Shown: in pieces, positions 1 through 64,000 of the stretch
Layout: each line of letters begins with the position of its first letter
Position numbering within the stretch: the stretch's first letter is position 1
From: Nitrospirales bacterium
Lineage (GTDB): Bacteria > Nitrospirota > Nitrospiria > Nitrospirales > UBA8639
Assembly: GCA_965203295.1 (NCBI GenBank)
Contig: CBDBCZ010000011.1
Location: forward strand, 416,001-480,000
DNA length: 64,000 nt
Direction of reading: 5' to 3'
Position numbers and translations under genes: made by a program
The notes under the pieces: model-generated
Databases searched by the model: none
The model's input: only the letters and a program-made list of their open reading frames with translations
Told to the model about the DNA's origin: nothing

Positions 1-2
1 TG

Positions 3-617
3 TACAAAGAACAAATGCAGAAATTGGCAGGCCTCACAGCGAGAATAAACGAATCGATGCAGCTCAGACTCTGCTTGGACAACCAGGAGCCAGACTGTAT
101 TCCTCAGCGAGTGCTTTGCATAGAACCACAGGTGGTGGCGGACGAGTGTACGGGATCAGGCTGCGGCTCGGCAGAAGAGGAGAGTTCTTCAGGATTGGGT
201 GATCTCGAGGATGGAGACGAGGAAGGCCCAGAGCAAGAGCACGAAGACATAAACAGACCCAATTCCGATACGTTTGAGGATAAATGGACCCCGGATCCGG
301 ACCCAATTTCGCCAGATGATCTTGACACTGATCCGATTGTGATATTTAATGATACTGATCCGAGAAATGATACTGAACCAAATGTTAATAATGATCCAAT
401 TGAAGAAACTGTTCTGAACGATGATTACGATCCGATTCTGAATGATGATTACGATCCGATTGTGATAATAAGCGACTCTGATCCTGATGGTCCTCCCATC
501 ACTGATGACAAACCTCCGAAACTCCCCGATAACCGGTTTGATTCAGGTTCCCCCCCAATCCACAGACTCCATTATCTCCTCTTCCCAATGGTACTGTTTG
601 CTCTCTACCTTCTGTGA
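3..617 (+). CDS. 3' end of a glypican-like, probably GPI-anchored proteoglycan (5' part outside the window)
   Basis: Frame is open from the window edge (YKEQMQKLAGLTARI, resembling the glypican C-terminal helix IRQQIMxLxxMTNRL). It is followed by Cys residues, Ser-Gly sites in acidic context (ECTGSGCGSAEEESSSGLGDLEDGDEE), a D/P/N-rich spacer with a 24-bp duplication (LNDDYDPI x2) and a hydrophobic end with no cytoplasmic tail (YLLFPMVLFALYLL*). Confidence 0.5.
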   Translation, partial: YKEQMQKLAGLTARINESMQLRLCLDNQEPDCIPQRVLCIEPQVVADECTGSGCGSAEEESSSGLGDLEDGDEEGPEQEHEDINRPNSDTFEDKWTPDPDPISPDDLDTDPIVIFNDTDPRNDTEPNVNNDPIEETVLNDDYDPILNDDYDPIVIISDSDPDGPPITDDKPPKLPDNRFDSGSPPIHRLHYLLFPMVLFALYLL

Positions 618-1570
618 GTCGTAGAGAAACCAAACCCTGCTGCAAACCACTCTCTAATCAAATTTTGTAAAGACATGCAACATGCAATCAGCTTCACATG
701 TATGGCTTACAATCACTTTGTCCATGCCAGTCACTAATGCACAAGCTGAACAGGTGCTTTTTTTTGTTAAATCATTTGCCTATGTGTCATGTTTCGTCCA
801 GTGTTGTGTTTTATTTTGTGTGTGCAATTTCACAAGATTAATAATGCAAGCACACTTGTGCTTGCAGGAATTTTATACACAGGTCTATTTTTTGACAATG
901 TATAAATAATATTTTGAAGAGGCAGAGATTCTAACTGGACTTGCAATTATTTTCCCTGTGTCTTTTGTAAGTCTCCAGTTTTATACAGGTCTATTTTCCC
1001 ATGTAAATAGTACTTGTGAAAAGAAGAGAAATTAATTAGTTTTCCAATTACTTTTTTCCTGTCTCCGACTTTTGTAAGTATCCAATATGTACAGCTGCAT
1101 GACTACAAGCATTAAACTTTCAAAAAAAAGACATCTACTGACTTTCATTGCTATCAGATCAGCTATACAAGCTCTCTTTAATCAAGCATACCTGTAGGTT
1201 TGCCTTTCCTCATCATATTTTTGCTCAATTCCCCTTCTAGAGATGGATCTCGGAGCATGGTTTGCAGACTTTATCCCATCCTATCCCATCAACTGTTCAA
1301 GAATACACAAACAAAACATGACAGTTACACATAATTATATAAAGTGGGTGGATTTAGACAGTAGCCACCCAAAACCCTGACACTACACAGGCATGCCAGC
1401 AGACTGTTAAAAATAATAGTGATAATCTCTGAAGATAACTGTATAGACAATGGACAACACATGAAGGAATTACATTGTACCTGGCTCTGCCAGTGAAGCA
1501 AATAGAAACTTAATGTAAAACTTTCTGTTTCATACAAGAGTACCAGTGCTGTTTTGACAAGCACATGGAC

Positions 1571-1743
<173 letters not shown>

Positions 1744-1750
1744 ATAATCA

Positions 1751-29638
<27,888 letters not shown>

Positions 29639-29793
29639 GTTCGGAAAACGCACCGCAACAATTTCTCGGCCGAACAGTCTTTAGCTAACCAGCTCTCAAA
29701 AAATTAAAAGCGGATTCACAGCCTTCCACATGGCGTTTACAATGGTCACGTGATCAGCGCATACCCACGTGGTAGTTTTCAAGACCTCGCGCT
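29639..29793. promoter_or_regulatory. Bidirectional promoter region shared by MPI and PAAF1
   Basis: Divergent ATGs at 29638 (-) and 29794 (+). Palindromic E-boxes GTCACGTGA (29745-29753) and CACGTG (29766-29771); YY1-like CATGGCG at about 29729-29735. Confidence 0.75.
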
Positions 29794-58017
<28,224 letters not shown>

Positions 58018-58888
58018 TGTTTGTGTGCATGTCCTTGTCACGAACAAGCACATCGTTTATGTTAAACCAGTGGAACATGATAATAAACTATGTACAGGTG
58101 TTAATGACAAACAATTACTATTAATCAATGGACCAGCCCTGTCCCTACAGTACAATGGCATTGTAGTTAAGTATTGCCGCCACTTCCGAAAGAATTTTGA
58201 GGTTGTGACTTAGAAGAGAAATGCCAGCACACATGTATAGACTGTGGTATACTGTACACATCCATAGGCTCCATAAAACTGAACTAGTACTGTCCATGCC
58301 ATATACAGTATCCTTAGCTACATTATAAGCTACAGAAAAAGCACTTTACCAAAAAGTGCAAAAACCATTCATGTAGGGATGCACTTCCACAAAAACAAAA
58401 GATAATTTACACCGCAATGGGTTCACAGACTACCTACACATAACTAACAGCCCAAATTATGCAGAGTAGCTACAAATCACAGCGAAGTGCGATTATGGAA
58501 ACCATCCTGGGTAAGGAGAGATGTGAGGCCGTTTATAGCTCACACAAACATTGTAGAGAAGGCGGTTGGGAGCACTAGTACATGTACTGCACGGGTGTTG
58601 CTAGGTTTGAAAGAGAATTTCTTTGATCGTGAATTCAATGGACTCTCCGTCTCGAATTCCAGGGCAAAGGACATACCCAGAACTATATAGCCAGAAAGCG
58701 GAGCCTACGATAATCCACCGATTACCGTCAGGGGTCATCGTTGAGTGCAGCTACGTAGCTAGAGCGGAAGCGTACTAATGAGCGGGGCTTTGGGGATTTT
58801 TTATTACGTAATTTTGCCCCACCCCCTACATTCTTAGCTCGTACTTTCGTGGCGATACACAACTTCAGAACTTTGTTACTGTGCAGAT

Positions 58889-61066
58889 ATGAGCTTCCTC
58901 AAGGGTACCGCTAGCGCTGCCGCCCCGAAAGTTGCTGAAGAGGGATGCGCCCACGAAATCGAATATGACTTCGCTGAGAAACCATCGAAAGAATTCTACT
59001 GCCCGGTCACTTTCGACCTTCTCTTAGACCCCCATCAAACAGACTGCTGTGGTAACCATCTATCGCAGGAGGCTGTCGCCGAGATTAAGCGAAACAGAGG
59101 TCCTTGTCCGCTGTGTAAGAAACCCGCCTTGGAAACGCATCCAGACAAGTTTTTCAAGCGCAAAGTCAATGAACTCGGCGTTTACTGCCCAAACAAGGAC
59201 AAAGGGTGTGAGTGGGTGGGAGAATTGGGAAATCTGGATCAGCATCTAAGTAACAGTTTTTTGGGAGGGGATTGTCAGTTTGTCACGGTGGAGTGCCCTC
59301 ACTTGTGCGGTGTTTCTTTTCAGCGATGTCAATTCGGCGAACTCGAGAAACACAAGGCGGACGGTTGCCCAAATCGCCCCTTTAGCTGTGAGTTCTGCGG
59401 CCACAGAGCAACTTACAGTGAAGTGACTGGTGAGCACTGGCGAGTGTGTGAGAAATATCCTGTTGAGTGTCCCAACCGCGATCAGGGATGTCCGTGGTCT
59501 GGTACACAAGGCGACGTTGATGGGCATACGAACTATGGCTCGCTTGAGGGTGAGTGCGGGTTTGTGTCGGTGGCCTGCCCTTACGGCTGTGATGATGAAT
59601 TGCCACGACGTGACGTCGACAGTCACAAGGCAGATGACTGCCCCAACCGCCCATTCACCTGCAGATACTGCGGCCACAAGGCCACGTACAATGAAGTCAT
59701 TAACGAGCACTGGGAAATGCAGTGTGAGAAGTACCCCCTGCCTTGCCCGGGAAAATGCGGAGCGGAGGGAATCCAACGGAAAGACCTCGACAAGCATTTT
59801 CAAGTGTGCCCCGTGCAGGTCATTGATTGTGAGTTCAGCCGTTTTGGTTGTGAAGTTGGGTGTCAGCGACAGCACATGAAACATCACATGGACGAGGTTG
59901 TGAAATTCCACTTGTCCCTGGTGTCCAAGGTGGTCGAAGAACAACAGCAGGTGACTAGAGACCACCAGATAACATTCGCAGCAGTGCTTCGAGAGCATCA
60001 GAGTGCCGCCAAACGACAGATGACTGTGATGGAAGCTAGAATTGGAGAACAGGGTGCGCGGATTGACGAACTGAATGCTGAGATCAGAGAACTGAATGCT
60101 AAAATCGAAGAACAGGGTTCCAAAATGAAGCAACTGGATGCCGAATGGCGCAGCAGAATTGAAGAACAGGACGCCAAGCTCAACGAACAAGGGTCTGTCA
60201 TTGCAGAGCAACAGTGTACCATCAAACAGCAGCAGAATGAAATCGAGGCCCTAATACTAGTGCTATCCCAAGCTCTACCCAAGCCGATCAACCCTGTGTT
60301 CATCCCTCCGCCTGACTTTGTGATGGCGAACTTTGAAGCACACAGGATTTCCGAGAATCTCTGGTCCAGCCGTCCCTTCTATTCCCACATCGGTGGGTAC
60401 AAGATGTGTCTCAGGGTGCATGCTAATGGTTCGGGAACAGCCAGGGGCACTCATGTTTCTGTACTTGTTCAACTGATGCAAGGAGAACACGACGAGCACC
60501 TAAAATGGCCCTTCTGCGGAGATATCACGTGGCAGCTGATCAATCAGAAGAGAGAGGTGGAACACTTGCAGAGAACGGTGAATTTTAATGATACGGTAGG
60601 TCCACGTGGAGTTGCTGACAGTCCATCGCGACAGGAGATAGCCAGATTGGTTAGGGGCTTTAGTAAATTCATATCCCATGCTGAGCTTGTAGCTGGCAGT
60701 CAAGACAAGGCGTACCTCAAGAATGACTGCCTAAAGTTTCGTGTATTGAAAGTCATCGTCAAGAGCAGTCATAGCGAGGATGAGCGAAGTGGTCCATTGA
60801 AGGAAAGTGATGGCGAGGAAGCTCAGCTTATGCCAACTGCTCCTTTAGACACTAGTGACAGCGATGATGGTCAGATTGTGGAACATGCTCCATTGAAGGC
60901 TAGTGACAGCGATGATGGTCAGATTGTGGAACATGCTCCATTGAAGGCTGGTGATTGGGCTGATGCTCAGATTGAGCAAACTGTTCTGTTGAAGACTAGT
61001 TACAGCGATGATGCTCATATTGTGGAATATGCTGCAGTGAAAGCTAGTGACGTCGACACTGTGTAA
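58889..61066 (+). CDS. Intronless TRAF-like protein (degenerate RING, duplicated zf-TRAF block, coiled coil, MATH, acidic 16-aa repeat tail), 725 aa
   Basis: CPVT...CCGNHLSQEAV...CPLC; CPN..GC.W.G and CPNRPF.C..CG fingers twice; Q/E-rich coiled coil; MATH WSSRPFYSHIGGYKMCLRVHANG...THVSV..LMQGEHDEHLKWPF...YLKNDCLKFRV. Confidence 0.92.
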   Translation: MSFLKGTASAAAPKVAEEGCAHEIEYDFAEKPSKEFYCPVTFDLLLDPHQTDCCGNHLSQEAVAEIKRNRGPCPLCKKPALETHPDKFFKRKVNELGVYCPNKDKGCEWVGELGNLDQHLSNSFLGGDCQFVTVECPHLCGVSFQRCQFGELEKHKADGCPNRPFSCEFCGHRATYSEVTGEHWRVCEKYPVECPNRDQGCPWSGTQGDVDGHTNYGSLEGECGFVSVACPYGCDDELPRRDVDSHKADDCPNRPFTCRYCGHKATYNEVINEHWEMQCEKYPLPCPGKCGAEGIQRKDLDKHFQVCPVQVIDCEFSRFGCEVGCQRQHMKHHMDEVVKFHLSLVSKVVEEQQQVTRDHQITFAAVLREHQSAAKRQMTVMEARIGEQGARIDELNAEIRELNAKIEEQGSKMKQLDAEWRSRIEEQDAKLNEQGSVIAEQQCTIKQQQNEIEALILVLSQALPKPINPVFIPPPDFVMANFEAHRISENLWSSRPFYSHIGGYKMCLRVHANGSGTARGTHVSVLVQLMQGEHDEHLKWPFCGDITWQLINQKREVEHLQRTVNFNDTVGPRGVADSPSRQEIARLVRGFSKFISHAELVAGSQDKAYLKNDCLKFRVLKVIVKSSHSEDERSGPLKESDGEEAQLMPTAPLDTSDSDDGQIVEHAPLKASDSDDGQIVEHAPLKAGDWADAQIEQTVLLKTSYSDDAHIVEYAAVKASDVDTV

Positions 61067-61356
61067 GCTCATAAAGAACACTGTACATCGCAGCTAAGCT
61101 ACCACATCTAGCAACTACATACTACTTCTGATAAGTTGTACTCACTGCTCCACAATTGTGGCATTACATTTTGTGTAATTATAATAATTATATCAGTATG
61201 GTGTAACAATCTAGCCCCATTTTAAAGTTGTGTACAATTATTTTGTAAAGTGAATTGAAATATTTCATACGTATATGATGTACATGGAAAATGGAATAAT
61301 AATGTTAGTATGTAATGTACGTAGTGGCATATAAAGTTCCAATACGTATATGATTT

Positions 61357-61692
61357 TATACCACATTACATCACATCCAAGGTGTTTGATTGGAGCAGAA
61401 GCGGAGTATAAAGGGTCATATACTACGTTTATGTTTTCATGTTTTATTATACTACTTTTATGTTTTCATGTATCGTAAATAACTGCTGCCTCTGGGAATG
61501 CTAGCCCAGCGTTTCTAGGTACCTACTCCACTGATTGGTCAAATGTTGTATAAGCCGGATATACCACGCCTACTCGGAGTATAAACGCGATATACTCCGC
61601 TAGGCTGTTTACCCTCGGCTATCGCCTCGGGTAAACCGTCTAGCGGAGTATATCTGCGTTTATACTCCTCGTAGACGTGGTATATCCTATAC
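61357..61692. mobile_element. Dispersed non-autonomous element of about 340 bp, copy B
   Basis: Near-identical to 26019-26362. Confidence 0.75.
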
Positions 61693-61807
61693 ATATACGT
61701 AGCTAAGATTAGGTAAAGAGCATGCAGTTGTGTTCTTAAAAACAGGAATTAATGGTTGAGCCTAATCCTTCCAATGTCCCACCTCATTAGCTAGTATGTG
61801 ACAAAAT

Positions 61808-61869
<62 letters not shown>

Positions 61870-62771
61870 TCACGTCACGATGTTCAGCTATATGAAGGGC
61901 TGTGAACCAGAGTGGTCTAACCCAAAAGCAAGTACTGGAAATTGTATAAAATGGACAAAACTAAAGTTAAAAATATGCGCACCCCATGAGCATAATTAGC
62001 TATGACCAAAAATTTGATATTTATATTTGAGCAGCTCCTGAAACACGTATTCCCAAGACTAATGTTCAGCCTTGAAAGACCAGTGCAATAAAAGTGTGCC
62101 CCACACCTTTGGCTTCACCCTTGCTGGTGTCCAAGGAAGTAATTTACAGAAGGTGTCTGCTATAAAATCGGGGATTACCTGATTTCTGTTTAGTACAGAC
62201 CATAGACACACATTATATGGAACAAAGGTATACCTGCTCTAAATTCATAGTGGCTAATTCTGGGACCGATGATTTGTGCAGACGTCGACAAATGGAAGAA
62301 AGATCATGGTAGTAACTTTACAAAAAGTACAAAAACCACTCAAGTACGTTGGGATGCACTTCCACCAAAAAACAATTCTCCAAAAACTAACGAAAAAAGC
62401 GACAATGCACACCGGAAGGCGTGCACCGACTACCCACACATCACAGTGCAATGCATTTACTGTGTACCTACCATCCCTACATCTGCCAACCACACCCACC
62501 ACAAACCGTCCACCCCCATACACAACAGTGACAACATCCTTGTGTTGGTAGTGGGTATGTTGGTGGTTGTGGAAGGTAGGTGTAAGTTGACTGTCACACA
62601 TAGGGCTGCTTCTGCTTTTTGTTTTTTTTTGGTGCCAACAAGACTAGGTTAGGTGCAGTTGCACTGTGACCTTAGCCCCTCCCCCTAGGCCCTCCCCCCC
62701 CAACCGGCCTCTCGCACGTGTGCACATGTAAGCACGTGCACGAGACTTGCAAGCTTTGCAACCTTAAAACC

Positions 62772-62840
62772 ATGGCGGAGGATCGATTCGACGGCGTTCT
62801 GCTAGGGATAGCCCAGCAGCATACCGGTGGAATCACTGAG
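62772..62840 (+). CDS. NUDC: Nuclear migration protein NudC, first coding exon (the rest lies beyond the window or was not recognised)
   Basis: ACCATGG start context; MAEDRFDGVLLGIAQQHTGGITE matches the NudC N-terminal motif (ERFDGMLLAMAQQHEGGVQE); donor GAG|GTGAGT; CACGTG boxes just upstream. Confidence 0.85.
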
Positions 62841-63252
62841 GTGAGTTTGAGCAGGATCAAGGGATGTACTGCTGCTTTACAAACGATACCAATGCGACCT
62901 TTAATACAGTGGGCTTTATTTGGATATTCCAAGGTGCTCTTATTATTTTTTGGCCAACACATGGAATCCTCATGTAGAAATCCTCATTTCCAGATTTCTA
63001 CCTTAATTATAAATGCTGGCTCCTGCAAAGTGTAGTAGGTTGAGGCAAACTCTACAAGGGTAGTCACTATTAAACATTTATGTACTGCCTATAGAAACGT
63101 TTTGCAAACAGGATCAGAATTTGGGCAGCAGAAATCGTCCTTGATCGCTTGATCATTAGTTCATAACATCTTGATCGCTAGATTTTGAGCTTTCTGTAGC
63201 CCTGCCTCCTCAGTATCTGAGAACGATCGTTGACCCTGGTGTTTGTTGCTCT

Positions 63253-63531
63253 GATTTCATCCTGATTCCTTACTCATCTCCTTGAGCCCTATTGTGATTT
63301 CATCCTGATCCCTTACTCATCTCCTTGAGCCCTATTGTGATTTCATCCTGATCCCTTACTCATCTCCTTGAGCCCTATTGTGATTTCATCCTGATCCCTT
63401 ACTCATCTCCTTGGGTGTCTAGCCCTATTGTGATTTCATCCTGATCCCTTACTCATCTCCTTGAGCCCTATTGTGATTTCATCCTGATCCCTTACTCATC
63501 ACCTTGGGCGTCTAGCCCTATTGTGATTTCA
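63253..63531. repeat. 43-bp minisatellite (about 6 copies)
   Basis: TGATTTCATCCTGATCCCTTACTCATCTCCTTGAGCCCTATTG; two units carry a short extra GG(T/C)GTCT insert. Confidence 0.92.
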
Positions 63532-64000
63532 TTAGCGAATGTTTCTGCAAATGACATGTAAGTGACTGGACTACCCCTTGTATTAGTCTCAATCCCAAGG
63601 CAAGCCCTCCCCTCTAAAAGGTGTTGCTTATGGTCATTAATACTCCAGAATATGCTCACCTATACTATAGTTATGTTACACTTTGTGTGGTTTAGGTTGG
63701 CTCAGGAAGTAGTGTAAAAGAGATGGGACTATGAATTTATTATAGGGCTAACAGTGACTATCTATCTACTGATGAATTTCTGATGCACTGGTTAAGCACA
63801 ATAGATGTTGCAGAATCATTTTAGTAGTGCTACAGCTTTTGCACATGCAGTGGGTGTATCTAATTATGAATGGAAAGTCTCCATACCCGGATATACTCCC
63901 ACCTCCCCCTCTGTGAATCACTGATTTGCATTATCCATTCGTACTTAAAGTATGGCAAACTAGAAGGTAACATGCCTCCTCAGGAGTTTTGGTACACATG

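Noticed and set aside
870..1085. Degenerate duplication of about 107 bp in the region between the convergent glypican-like and MPI 3' ends
   Set aside because: Visible but old and without clear structure or function; no claim made.
58783..58802. GGGGCTTTGGGGATTTTT upstream of the TRAF gene as NF-kB sites
   Set aside because: It lacks the terminal CC of GGGRNWYYCC; too weak to call.
59246..60211. 321-aa antisense ORF over the TRAF gene, and similar shadow ORFs over the collagens and nested TRAFs
   Set aside because: No recognisable domain; explained by codon bias of the sense gene.
63253..63531. Regular 43-bp repeats, and the 74-bp and 62-bp arrays, as possible CRISPR arrays
   Set aside because: Units are contiguous with no unique spacers, there are no cas genes, and the DNA is eukaryotic.

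Overview
Intron-rich animal genomic DNA, most likely from a demosponge (inferred from spongin-type short-chain collagens, intronless TRAF paralogues and the repeat landscape). Two housekeeping genes lie head-to-head with 155 bp between their ATGs: mannose-6-phosphate isomerase (MPI, minus strand, 5 exons, 422 aa as I reconstruct it) and PAAF1/Rpn14 (plus strand, 12 exons, 407 aa). Each has one very large intron holding a tandem gene array. MPI intron 3 (18.5 kb) contains two same-strand TRAF-like genes with two MATH domains each; both carry a single +1 homopolymer frameshift. PAAF1 intron 6 (21.2 kb) contains six antisense short-chain collagen (C4/SSCC-type NC1) genes, one a pseudogene, plus an inverted 3' fragment. 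Five of the six have a signal-peptide exon missed by the ORF track, spliced through a conserved GC-AG intron. The window also holds the end of a glypican-like gene, a third intronless TRAF with a degenerate RING and a repeat tail, NudC exon 1, Helentron-type HINEs, several MITE families, hAT and DIRS remnants, and many micro/minisatellites, four of which abut splice acceptors. Gene models were built by hand from splice motifs, reading-frame phase and remembered family sequences; no searches were run.
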